From: Eledone cirrhosa
Taxonomy: Eukaryota
DNA: 64,000 bases
Direction: 5' to 3'
Assembly (NCBI GenBank): GCA_964016885.1
Contig: OZ024743.1
Span: 80,104,001-80,168,000, forward strand
Part shown: positions 1 to 15,000 of the stretch, one piece after another
Numbering within the stretch: position 1 is the first letter of the stretch
Layout: each line of letters begins with the position of its first letter
Program-made: the position numbers and the translations under genes
Notes under the pieces: generated by a model
Databases searched by the model: none
What the model saw: only the letters and a program-made list of their open reading frames with translations
What the model was told of the DNA's origin: nothing

Positions 1-3000
1 TGTGACACTCTACCTCCCTACACTGGGAATATAGAGATGACAGAATCTAGTATGACACTCTACCTCCCTACGCTGGGAATATAGAGATGACAGAATCTAG
101 TGTGACACTCTACCTACACTGGGAATATAGAGATGACAGAATCTAGTGTGACACTCTACCTACACTGGGAATATAGAGATGACAGAATCTAGTGTGGCAC
201 TCTACCTCCCTACACTGGGAATATAGAGATGACATAATCTACTGTGACACTCTACCTCCCTACACTGGGAATATAGAGATGACAGAATCTAGTGTGACAC
301 TCTACCTACACTGGGAATATAGAGATGACAGAATCTAGTGTGACACTCTACCTCCCTACACTGGGAATATAAAGATGACAGAATCTAGTGTGACACTCTA
401 CCTACACTGGGAATATAGAGATGACAGAATCTAGTGTGACACTCTACCTACACTGGGAATATAGAAATGACAGAATCTAGTGTGACACTCTACCTACACT
501 GGGAATATAGAGATGACAGAATCTAGTGTGACACTCTACCTACACTGTGAATATAGAGAAGACAGAATCTAGTGTGACACTCTACCTACACTGGGAATAT
601 AGAGATGACAGAATCTAGCGTGACACTCTACCTCCCTACACTGGGAATATAGAGATGACAGAATCTAGTGTGACACTCTACCTACACTGGGAATATAGAG
701 ATGACAGAATCTAGTGTGACACTCTACCTACACTGGGAATATAGAGATGACAGAATCTAGTGTGACACTCTACCTCCCTACACTGGGAATATAGAGATGA
801 CAGAATCTAGTGAGACACTCTACCTCCCTACACTGGGAATATAGAGATGACAGAATCTAGTGTGGCACTCTACCTCCCTACACTGGGAATATAGAGATGA
901 CAGAATCTAGTGTGACACTCTACCTCCCTACACTGGGAATATAGAGATGACAGAATCTAGTGTGGCACTCTACCTCCCTACACTGGGAATATAGAGATGA
1001 CAGAATCTAGTGTGACACTCTACCTCCCTACGCTGGGAATATAGAGATGACAGAATCTAGTGTGACACTCTACCTCCCTACGCTGGGAATATAGAGATGA
1101 CAGAATCTAGTGAGACACTCTACCTCCCTACACTGGGAATATAGAGATGACAGAATCTAGTGTGGCACTCTACCTCCCTACACTGGGAATATAGAGATGA
1201 CAGAATCTAGTGAGACACTCTACCTCCCTACACTGGGAATATAGAGATGACAGAATCTAGTGTGGCACTCTACCTCCCTACACTGGAAATATAGAGATGA
1301 CAGAATCTAGTGTGACACTCTACCTCCCTACGCTGGGAATATAGAGATGACAGAATCTAGTGTGACACTCTACCTACACTGGGAATATAGTGATGACAGA
1401 ATCTAGTGTGACACTCTACCTACACTGGGAATATAGAGATGACAGAATCTAGTGTGACACTCTACCTACACTGGGGATATAGAGATGACAGAATCTAGTG
1501 TGGCACTCTACCTCCCTACACTGGGAATATAGAGATGACATAATCTACTGTTACACTCTACCTCCATACACTGGGAATATAGAGATGACAGAATCTAGTG
1601 TGATACTCTACCTACACTGGGAATATAGAGATGACAGAATCTAGTGTGACACTCTACCTACACTGGGAATATAGAGATGACAGAATTTAGTGTGACACTC
1701 TACCTACACTGGGAATATAGAGATGACAGAATTTAGTGTGACACTCTACCTACACTGGGAATATAGAGATGACAGAATCTAGTGTGACACTCTACCTACA
1801 CTGGGAATATAGAGATGACAGAATCTAGTGTGACACTCTACCTCCCTACACTGGGAATATAGAGATGACAGAATCTAGTGTGACACTCTACCTCCCTACA
1901 CTGGGAATATAGAGATGACAGAATGTAGTGTGACACTCTACCTACCTACACTGTGAATATAGAGATGACAAAATCTATTGTGACACTGTAGCTACACTGG
2001 GAATATAGAGATGACAGAATCTAGTGTGACACTCTACCTACACTGGGAATATAGAGATGACAGAATCTAGTGTGACACTACCTCCCTACACTGGGAATAT
2101 AGAGATGACATAATCTAGTGTGACACTCTACCTACACTGGGAATATAGAGATGACAGAATCTAGCGTGACACTCTACCTCCCTACACTGGGAATATAGAG
2201 ATGACAGAATCTAGTGTGACACTCTACCTACACTGGGAATATAGAGATGACAGAATCTAGTGTGACACTCTACCTACACTGGGAATATAGAGATGACAGA
2301 ATCTAGTGTGACACTCTACCTCCCTACACTGGGAATATAGAGATGACAGAATCTAGTGAGACACTCTACCTCCCTACACTGGGAATATAGAGATGACAGA
2401 ATCTAGTGTGGCACTCTACCTCCCTACACTGGGAATATAGAGATGACAGAATCTAGTGTGACACTCTACCTCCCTACACTGGGAATATAGAGATGACAGA
2501 ATCTAGTGTGGCACTCTACCTCCCTACACTGGGAATATAGAGATGACAGAATCTAGTGTGACACTCTACCTCCCTACGCTGGGAATATAGAGATGACAGA
2601 ATCTAGTGTGACACTCTACCTCCCTACGCTGGGAATATAGAGATGACAGAATCTAGTGAGACACTCTACCTCCCTACACTGGGAATATAGAGATGACAGA
2701 ATCTAGTGTGGCACTCTACCTCCCTACACTGGGAATATAGAGATGACAGAATCTAGTGAGACACTCTACCTCCCTACACTGGGAATATAGAGATGACAGA
2801 ATCTAGTGTGGCACTCTACCTCCCTACACTGGAAATATAGAGATGACAGAATCTAGTGTGACACTCTACCTCCCTACGCTGGGAATATAGAGATGACAGA
2901 ATCTAGTGTGACACTCTACCTACACTGGGAATATAGTGATGACAGAATCTAGTGTGACACTCTACCTACACTGGGAATATAGAGATGACAGAATCTAGTG

Positions 3001-6000
3001 TGACACTCTACCTACACTGGGGATATAGAGATGACAGAATCTAGTGTGGCACTCTACCTCCCTACACTGGGAATATAGAGATGACATAATCTACTGTTAC
3101 ACTCTACCTCCATACACTGGGAATATAGAGATGACAGAATCTAGTGTGATACTCTACCTACACTGGGAATATAGAGATGACAGAATCTAGTGTGACACTC
3201 TACCTACACTGGGAATATAGAGATGACAGAATTTAGTGTGACACTCTACCTACACTGGGAATATAGAGATGACAGAATTTAGTGTGACACTCTACCTACA
3301 CTGGGAATATAGAGATGACAGAATCTAGTGTGACACTCTACCTACACTGGGAATATAGAGATGACAGAATCTAGTGTGACACTCTACCTCCCTACACTGG
3401 GAATATAGAGATGACAGAATCTAGTGTGACACTCTACCTCCCTACACTGGGAATATAGAGATGACAGAATGTAGTGTGACACTCTACCTACCTACACTGT
3501 GAATATAGAGATGACAAAATCTATTGTGACACTGTAGCTACACTGGGAATATAGAGATGACAGAATCTAGTGTGACACTCTACCTACACTGGGAATATAG
3601 AGATGACAGAATCTAGTGTGACACTACCTCCCTACACTGGGAATATAGAGATGACATAATCTAGTGTGACACTCTACCTACACTGGGAATATAGAGATGA
3701 CAGAATCTAGTGTGACACTCTACCTACACTGGGAATATAGAGATGACAGAATCTAGTGTGACACTCTACCTCCCTACACTGGGAATATAAAGATGACAGA
3801 ATCTAATGTGACACTCTACCTACAATGAGAATATAGAGATGACAGAATCTAGTGTGACACTCTACCTACACTGGGAATATAGAGATGACAGAATCTAGTG
3901 TGACACTCTACCTACACTGGGAATATAGAGATGACAGAATCTAGTGTGACACTCTACCTCCCTACACTGGGAATATAAAGATGACAGAATCTAGTGTGAC
4001 ACTCTACCTACACTGGGAATATAAAGATGACAGAATCTAGTGTGACACTCTACCTCCCTACACTGGGAATATAGAGATGACAGAATCTAGTGTCACACTC
4101 TACCTTCCTACACTGGGAATATAGAGATGACAGAATTTAGTGTGACACTCTACCTACACTGGGAATATAGAGATGACAGAATCTAGTGTGACACTCTACC
4201 TACACTGGGAATATAAAGATGACAGAATCTAGTGTGACACTCTACCTACCTACACTGGGAATATAGAGATGACAGAATCTAGTGTGACACTCTACCTACA
4301 CTGGGAATATAAAGATGACAGAATCTAGTGTGACACTCTACCTCCCTACACTGGGAATATAAAGATGACAGAATCTAGTGTGACACTCTACCTCCCTACA
4401 CTGGGAATATAGAGATGGCAGCATCTAGTGTGACACTCTACCTCCACTGGGAATATAGAGATGACAGAATCTAGTGTGACACTCTACCTACACTGGGAAT
4501 ATAGAGATGACAGAATCTAGTGTGACACTCTACCTACCTACACTGGGAATATAGAGATGACAGAATCTAGTGTGACACTCTACCCACACTGGGAATATAG
4601 AGATGACAGAATCTAGTGTGACACTCTACCTACACTGGGAATATAGAGATGACAGAATCTAGTGTGACACTCTACCTTCCTACACTGGGAATATAGAGAT
4701 GACAGAATCTAGTGTGACACTATACCTACACTGGGAATATAGAGATGACAGCATCTAGTGTGACACTCTACCTACCTACACTGGGAATATAGAGATGACA
4801 GAATCTAGTGTGACACTCTACCCACACTGGGAATATAGAGATGACAGAATCTAGTGTGACACTCTACCTACACTGGGAATATAAAGATGACAGAATCTAG
4901 TGTGACACTCTACCTACACTGGGAATATAGAGATGACAGAATCTAGTGTGACACTCTACCTACACTGGGAATATAGAGATGACAGAATCTAGTGTGACAC
5001 TCTACCTCCCTACACTGGGAATATAGAGATGGCAGCATCTAGTGTGACACTCTACCTCCACTGGGAATATAGAGATGACAGAATCTAGTGTGACACTCTA
5101 CCTCCCTACACTGGGAATATAAAGATGACAGAATCTAGTGTGACACTCTACCTACACTGGGAATATAGAGATGACAGAATCTAGTGTGACACTCTACCTA
5201 CACTGGGAATATAGAGATGACAGAATCTAGTGTGACACTCTACCTACACTGTGAATATAGAGAAGACAGAATCTAGTGTGACACTCTACCTACACTGGGA
5301 ATATAGAGATGACAGAATCTAGCGTGACACTCTACCTCCCTACACTCGGAATATAGAGATGACAGAATCTAGTGTGACACTCTACCTACACTGGGAATAT
5401 AGAGATGACAGAATCTAGTGTGACACTCTACCTACACTGGGAATATAGAGATGACAGAATCTAGTGTGACACTCTACCTCCCTACACTGGGAATATAGAG
5501 ATGACAGAATCTAGTGAGACACTCTACCTCCCTACACTGGGAATATAGAGATGACAGAATCTAGTGTGGCACTCTACCTCCCTACACTGGGAATATAGAG
5601 ATGACAGAATCTAGCGTGACACTCTACCTCCCTACACTCGGAATATAGAGATGACAGAATCTAGTGTGACACTCTACCTACACTGGGAATATAGAGATGA
5701 CAGAATCTAGTGTGACACTCTACCTACACTGGGAATATAGAGATGACAGAATCTAGTGTGACACTCTACCTCCCTACACTGGGAATATAGAGATGACAGA
5801 ATCTAGTGTGACACTCTACCTCCCTACGCTGGGAATATAGAGATGACAGAATCTAGTGTGACACTCTACCTACACTGGGAATATAGTGATGACAGAATCT
5901 AGTGTGACACTCTACCTACACTGGGAATATAGAGATGACAGAATCTAGTGTGACACTCTACCTACACTGGGGATATAGAGATGACAGAATCTAGTGTGGC

Positions 6001-9000
6001 ACTCTACCTCCCTACACTGGGAATATAGAGATGACAGAATCTAGTGTGACACTCTACCTACACTGGGGATATAGAGATGACAGAATCTAGTGTGACACTC
6101 TACCTCCCTACACTGGGAATATAGAGATGACAGAATCTAGTGTGACACTCTACCTCCCTACACTGGGAATATAGAGATGACAGAATCTAGTGTGTCACTC
6201 TACCTCCCTACACTGGGAATATAGAGATGACAGAATCTAGTGTGACACTCTACCTCCCTACACTGGGAATATAAAGATGACAGAATCTAGTGTGACACTC
6301 TACCTACACTGGGAATATAGAGATGACAGAATCTAGTGTGACACTCTACCTACACTGGGAATATAGAGATGACAGAATCTAGTGTGACACTCTACCTACA
6401 CTGGGAATATAGAGATGACAGAATCTAGTGTGACACTCTACCTCCCTACACTGGGAATATAAAGATGACAGAATCTAGTGTGACACTCTACCTCCCTACA
6501 CTGGGAATATAAAGATGACAGAATCTAGTGTGACACTCTACCTACACTGTGAATATAGAGAAGACAGAATCTAGTGTGACACTCTACCTACACTGGGAAT
6601 ATAGAGATGACAGAATCTAGTGTGACACTCTACCTACACTGGGAATATAGAGATGACAGAATCTAGCGTGACACTCTACCTCCCTACACTGGGAATATAG
6701 AGATGACAGAATCTAGTGTGACACTCTACCTACACTGGGAATATAGAGATGACAGAATCTAGTGTGACACTCTACCTACACTGGGAATATAGAGATGACA
6801 GAATCTAGTGTGACACTCTACCTACACTGGGAATATAGAGATGACAGAATCTAGCGTGACACTCTACCTCCCTACACTGGGAATATAGAGATGACAGAAT
6901 CTAGTGTGACACTCTACCTACACTGGGAATATAGAGATGACAGAATCTAGTGTAACACTCTACCTACACTGGGAATATAGAGATGACAGAATCTAGTGTG
7001 ACACTCTACCTCCCTACACTGGGAATATAGAGATGACAGAATCTAGTGTGGCACTCTACCTCCCTACACTGGGAATATAGAGATGACAGAATCTATTGTG
7101 ACACTCTACCTCCCTACACTGGGAATATAGAGATGACAGAATCTAGTGTGACACTCTACCTCCCTACGCTGGGAATATAGAGATGACAGAATCTAGTGTG
7201 ACACTCTACCTACACTGGGAATATAGAGATGACAGAATCTAGTGTGACACTCTACCTACACTGGGAATATAGAGATGACAGAATCTAGTGTGGCACTCTA
7301 CCTCCCTACACTGGGAATATAGAGATGACATAATCTACTGTGACACTCTACCTCCCTACACTGGGAATATAGAGATGACAGAATCTAGTGTGACACTCTA
7401 CCTACACTGGGAATATAGAGATGACAGAATCTAGTGTGACACTCTACCTCCCTACACTGGGAATATAAAGATGACAGAATCTAATGTGACACTCTACCTA
7501 CACTGAGAATATAGAGATGACAGAATCTAGTGTGACAGTCTACCTACACTGGGAATATAGAGATGACAGAATCTAGTGTGACACTCTACCTACACTGGGA
7601 ATATAGAGATGACAGAATCTAGTGTGACACTCTACCTACACTGGGAATATAGAGATGACAGAATCTAGTGTGACACTCTACCTACACTGTGAATATAGAG
7701 AAGACAGAATCTAGTGTGACACTCTACCTACACTGGGAATATAGAGATGACAGAATCTAGCGTGACACTCTACCTCCCTACACTCGGAATATAGAGATGA
7801 CAGAATCTAGTGTGACACTCTACCTACACTGGGAATATAGAGATGACAGAATCTAGTGTGACACTCTACCTCCCTACACTGGGAATATAGAGATGACAGA
7901 ATCTAGTGAGACACTCTACCTACCTACACTGTGAATATAGAGATGACAAAATCTATTGTGACACTGTAGCTACACTGGGAATATAGAGATGACAGAATCT
8001 AGTGTGACACTCTACCTCCCTACACTGGGAATATAGAGATGACAGAATCTAGTGTGACACTCTACCTCCCTACACTGGGAATATAGAGATGACAGAATCT
8101 AGTGTGTCACTCTACCTACACTGGGAATATAGAGATGACAGAATCTAGTGTCACACTCTACCTCCCTACACTGGGAATATAAAGATGACAGAATCTAGTG
8201 TGACACTCTACCTACACTGGGAATATAAAGATGACAGAATCTAGTGTGACACTCTACCTCCCTACACTGGGAATATAGAGATGACAGAATCTAGTGTGAC
8301 ACTCTACCTACACTGGGAATATAGAGATGACAGAATCTAGTGTGACACTCTACCTACACTGGGAATATAGAGATGACAGAATCTAGTGTGACACTCTACC
8401 TACACTGTGAATATAGAGAAGACAGAATCTAGTGTGACACTCTACCTACACTGGGAATATAGAGATGACAGAATCTAGCGTGACACTCTACCTCCCTACA
8501 CTGGGAATATAGAGATGACAGAATCTAGTGTGACACTCTACCTACACTGGGAATATAGAGATGACAGAATCTAGTGTAACACTCTACCTACACTGGGAAT
8601 ATAGAGATGACAGAATCTAGTGTGACACTCTACCTCCCTACACTGGGAATATAGAGATGACAGAATCTAGTGAGACACTCTACCTCCCTACACTGGGAAT
8701 ATAGAGATGACAGAATCTAGTGTGGCACTCTACCTCCCTACACTGGGAATATAGAGATGACAGAATCTATTGTGACACTCTACCTCCCTACACTGGGAAT
8801 ATAGAGATGACAGAATCTAGTGTGACACTCTACCTCCCTACGCTGGGAATATAGAGATGACAGTATCTAGTGTGACACTCTACCTACACTGGGAATATAG
8901 TGATGACAGAATCTAGTGTGACACTCTACCTACACTGGGAATATAGAGATGACAGAATCTAGTGTGACACTCTACCTACACTGGGGATATAGAGATGACA

Positions 9001-12000
9001 GAATCTAGTGTGGCACTCTACCTCCCTACACTGGGAATATAGAGATGACATAATCTACTGTGACACTCTACCTCCATACACTGGGAATATAGAGATGACA
9101 GAATCTAGTGTGATACTCTACCTACACTGGGAATATAGAGATGACAGAATCTAGTGTGACACTCTACCTCCCTACACTGGGAATATAGAGATGGCAGCAT
9201 CTAGTGTGACACTCTACCTCCACTGGGAATATAGAGATGACAGAATCTAGTGTGACACTCTACCTCCCTACGCTGGGAATATAGAGATGACAGAATCTAG
9301 TGTGACACTCTACCTCCACTGGGAATATAGAGATGACAGAATCTAATGTGACACTCTACCTACACTGAGAATATAGAGATGACAGAATCTAGTGTGACAC
9401 TCTACCTACACTGGGAATATAGAGATGACAGAATCTAGTGTGACACTCTACCTACACTGGGAATATAGAGATGACAGAATCTAGTGTGACACTCTACCTC
9501 CCTACACTGGGAATATAAAGATGACAGAATCTAGTGTGACACTCTACCTACACTGGGAATATAAAGATGACAGAATCTAGTGTGACACTCTACCTCCCTA
9601 CACTGGGAATATAAAGATGACAGAATCTAGTGTGACACTCTACCTACACTGGGAATATAGAGATGACAGAATCTAGTGTGACACTCTACCTACACTGGGA
9701 ATATAAAGATGACAGAATCTAGTGTGACACTCTACCTCCCTACACTGGGAATATAAAGATGACAGAATCTAGTGTGACACTCTACCTCCCTACACTGGGA
9801 ATATAGAGATGACAGAATCTAGTGTGACACTCTACCTACCTACACTGGGAATATAGAGATGACAGAATCTAGTGTGACACTCTACCCACACTGGGAATAT
9901 AGAGATGACAGAATCTAGTGTGACACTCTACCTACACTGGGAATATAGAGATGACAGAATCCAGTGTGACACTCTACCTACACTGGGAATATAGAGATGA
10001 CAGAATCTAGTGTGACACTCTACCTACACTGGGAATATAGAGATGACAGAATCTAGCGTGACACTCTACCTCCCTACACTCGGAATATAGAGATGACAGA
10101 ATCTAGTGTGACACTCTACCTACACTGGGAATATAAAGATGACAGAATCTAGTGTGACACTCTACCTACACTGGGAATATAGAGATGACAGAATCTAGTG
10201 TGACACTCTACCTACACTGTGAATATAGAGAAGACAGAATCTAGTGTGACACTCTACCTACACTGGGAATATAGAGATGACAGAATCTAGCGTGACACTC
10301 TACCTCCCTACACTCGGAATATAGAGATGACAGAATCTAGTGTGACACTCTACCTACACTGGGAATATAGAGATGACAGAATCTAGTGTGACACTCTACC
10401 TACACTGGGAATATAGAGATGACAGAATCTAGTGTGACACTCTACCTCCCTACACTGGGAATATAGAGATGACAGAATCTAGTGAGACACTCTACCTCCC
10501 TACACTGGGAATATAGAGATGACAGAATCTAGTGTGGGACTCTACCTCCCTACACTGGGAATATAGAGATGACAGAATCTATTGTGACACTCTACCTCCC
10601 TACACTGGGAATATAGAGATGACAGAATCTAGTGTGACACTCTACCTCCCTACGCTGGGAATATAGAGATGACAGAATCTAGTGTGACACTCTACCTACA
10701 CTGGGAATATAGTGATGACAGAATCTAGTGTGACACTCTACCTACACTGGGAATATAGAGATGACAGAATCTAGTGTGACACTCTACCTACACTGGGGAT
10801 ATAGAGATGACAGAATCTAGTGTGGCACTCTACCTCCCTACACTGGGAATATAGAGATGACATAATCTACTGTGACACTCTACCTCCATACACTGGGAAT
10901 ATAGAGATGACAGAATCTAGTGTGACACTCTACCTACACTGGGAATATAGAGATGACAGAATTTAGTGTGACACTCTACCTACACTGGGAATATAGAGAT
11001 GACAGAATCTAGTGTGACACTCTACCTACACTGGGAATATAGAGATGACAGAATCTAGTGTGACACTCTACCTACACTGGGAATATAGAGATGACAGAAT
11101 CTAGTGTGACACTCTACCTCCCTACACTGGGAATATAGAGATGACAGAATCTAGTGTGACACTCTACATCCCTACACTGGGAATATTGAGATGACAGAAT
11201 CTAGTGTGGCACTCTAGCTACACTGGGAATATAGAGATGACAGAATCTAGTGTGACACTCTACCTACACTGGGAATATAGAGATGACAGAATCTAGTGTG
11301 ACACTCTACCTCCCTACACTGGGAATATAGAGATGACAGAATCTAGTGTGACACTCTACCTCCCTACACTGGGAATATAGAGATGACAGAATCTAGTGTG
11401 ACACTCTACCTACCTACACTGTGAATATAGAGATGACAAAATCTAGTGTGACACTGTAGCTACACTGGGAATATAGAGATGACAGAATCTAGTGTGACAC
11501 TCTACCTCCCTACACTGGGAATATAGAGATGACAGAATCTAGTGTGATACTTTACCTACACTGGGAATATAGAGATGACAGAATCTAGTGTGACACTCTA
11601 CCTTCACTGGGAATATAGAGATGACAGAATCTAGTGTGACACTCTACCTACACTGGGAATATAGAGATGACAGAATCTAGTGTGACACTCTACCTACACT
11701 GGGAATATAGAGATGACAGAATCTAGTGTGATACTCTACCTACACTGGGAATATTGAGATGACAGAATCTAGTGTGACAATCTACCAACACTGGGAATAT
11801 AGAGATGACAGAATCTAGTGTGACACTCTACCTCCCTACACTGGGAATATAAAGATGACAGAATCTAGTGTGTCACTCTACCTACACTGGGAATATAGAG
11901 ATGACAGAATCTAGTGTCACACTCTACCTCCCTACACTGGGAATATAAAGATGACAGAATCTAGTGTGACACTCTACCTACACTGGGAATATAGAGATGA

Positions 12001-15000
12001 CAGAATCTAGTGTGACACTCTACCTACACTGGGAATATAGAGATGACAGAATCTAGTGTGACACTCTACCTACACTGGGAATATAGAGATGACAGAATCT
12101 AGTGTGACACTCTACCTACACTGTGAATATAGAGATGACAGAATCTAGTGTGACACTCTACCTCCCTACACTGGGAATATAGAGATGACAGAATCTAGTG
12201 AGACACTCTACCTCCCTACACTGGGAATATAGAGATGACAGAATCTAGTGTGGCACTCTACCTCCCTACACTGGGAATATAGAGATGACAGAATCTATTG
12301 TGACACTCTACCTCCCTACACTGGAAATATAGAGATGACAGAATCTAGTGTGACACTCTACCTCCCTACGCTGGGAATATAGAGATGACAGAATCTAGTG
12401 TGACACTCTACCTACACTGGGAATATAGAGATGACAGAATCTAGTGTGACACTCTACCTACACTGGGAATATAGAGATGACAGAATCTAGTGTGACACTC
12501 TACCTACACTGTGAATATAGAGATGACAGAATCTAGTGTGACACTCTACCTCCCTACACTGGGAATATAGAGATGACAGAATCTAGTGAGACACTCTACC
12601 TCCCTACACTGGGAATATAGAGATGACAGAATCTAGTGTGGCACTCTACCTCCCTACACTGGGAATATAGAGATGACAGAATCTATTGTGACACTCTACC
12701 TCCCTACACTGGAAATATAGAGATGACAGAATCTAGTGTGACACTCTACCTCCCTACGCTGGGAATATAGAGATGACAGAATCTAGTGTGACACTCTACC
12801 TACACTGGGAATATAGTGATGACAGAATCTAGTGTGACACTCTACCTACACTGGGAATATAGAGATGACAGAATCTAGTGTGACACTCTACCTACACTGG
12901 GGATATAGAGATGACAGAATCTAGTGTGGCACTCTACCTCCCTACACTGGGAATATAGAGATGACATAATCTACTGTGACACTCTACCTCCATACACTGG
13001 GAATATAGAGATGACAGAATCTAGTGTGATACTCTACCTACACTGGGAATATAGAGATGACAGAATCTAGTGTGACACTCTACCTCCCTACACTGGGAAT
13101 ATAGAGATGACAGAATTTAGTGTGACACTCTACCTACACTGGGAATATAGAGATGACAGAATCTAGTGTGACACTCTACCTACACTGGGAATATAGAGAT
13201 GACAGAATCTAGTGTGACACTCTACCTACACTGGGAATATAGAGATGACAGAATCTAGTGTGACACTCTACCTCCCTACACTGGGAATATAGAGATGACA
13301 GAATCTAGTGTGACACTCTACCTCCCTACACTGGGAATATAGAGATGACAGAATCTAGTGTGACACTCTACCTACCTACACTGTGAATATAGAGATGACA
13401 AAATCTATTGTGACACTGTAGCTACACTGGGAATATAGAGATGACAGAATCTAGTGTGACACTCTACCTCCCTACACTGGGAATATAGAGATGACAGAAT
13501 CTAGTGTGATACTTTACCTACACTGGGAATATAGAGATGACAGAATCTAGTGTGATACTCTACTTACACTGGGAATATTGAGATGACAGAATCTAGTGTG
13601 ACACTCTACCAACACTGGGAATATAGAGATGACAGAATCTAGTGTGACACTCTACCTACACTGGGAATATAGAGATGACAGAATCTAGTGTGACACTCTA
13701 CCTACACTGGGAATATAGAGATGACAGAATCTAGTGTGACACTCTACCTACACTGGGAATATAGAAATAACAGAATCTATTGTGACACTCTACCTACACT
13801 GGGAATATAGAGATGACAGAATCTAGTGTGACACTCTACCTCCCTACACTGGGAATATAGAGATGACAAAATCTAGTGTGACACTCTACCTACCTACACT
13901 GGGAATATAGAGATGACAGAATCTAGTGTGACACTCTACCTACACTGGGAATATAGAGATGACAGAATCTAGTGTGACACTCTACCTACACTGGGAATAT
14001 AGAGATGACAGAATCTAGTGTGACACTCTACCTACACTGGGAATATAGAGATGACAGAATCTAGTGTGACACTCTACCTCCCTACACTGGGAATATAGAG
14101 ATGACAGAATCTAGTGTGACACTCTAGCTACACTGGGAATATAGAGATGACAGAATCTAGTGTGACACTCTACCTCCCTACACTGGGAATATAGAGATGA
14201 CAGAATCTAGTGTGACACTCTACCTCCCTACACTGGGAATATAGAGATGACGGAATCTAGTGTGACACTCTACCTCGCTACACTGGGAATATAGAGATGA
14301 CAGAATCTAGTGTGACACTCTACCTACACTGGGAATATAGAGATGACAGAATCTAGTGTGACACTCTACCCACACTGGAAATATAGAGATGACAGAATCT
14401 AGTGTGACACTCTACCTACACTGGGAATATAGAGATGACAGAATCTAGTGTGACACTCTACCTACACTGGGAATATAGAGATGACAGAATCTAGTGTGAC
14501 ACTCTACCTACACTGGGAATATAGAGATGACAGAATCTAGTGTGACACTCTACCTCCCTACACTGGGAATATAAAGATGACAGAATCTAGTGTGACACTC
14601 TACCTACACTGGGAATATAGAGATGACAGAATCTAGTGTGACACTCTACCTACCTACACTGGGAATATAGAGATGACAGAATCTAGTGTGACACTCTACC
14701 TCCCTACACTGGGAATATAGAGATGACAGAATCTAGTGTGACACTCTACCTACCTACACTGGGAATATAGAGATGACAGAATCTAGTGTGACACTCTACC
14801 TACACTGGGAATATAGAGATGACAGAATCTAGTGTGACACTCTACCTACACTGGGAATATAGAGATGACAGAATCTAGTGTGACACTCTACCTACACTGG
14901 GAATATAGAGATGACAGAATCTAGTGTGACAATCTACCTACCTACACTGGGAATATAGAGATGACAGAATCTAGTGTGACACTCTACCTACACTGGGAAT

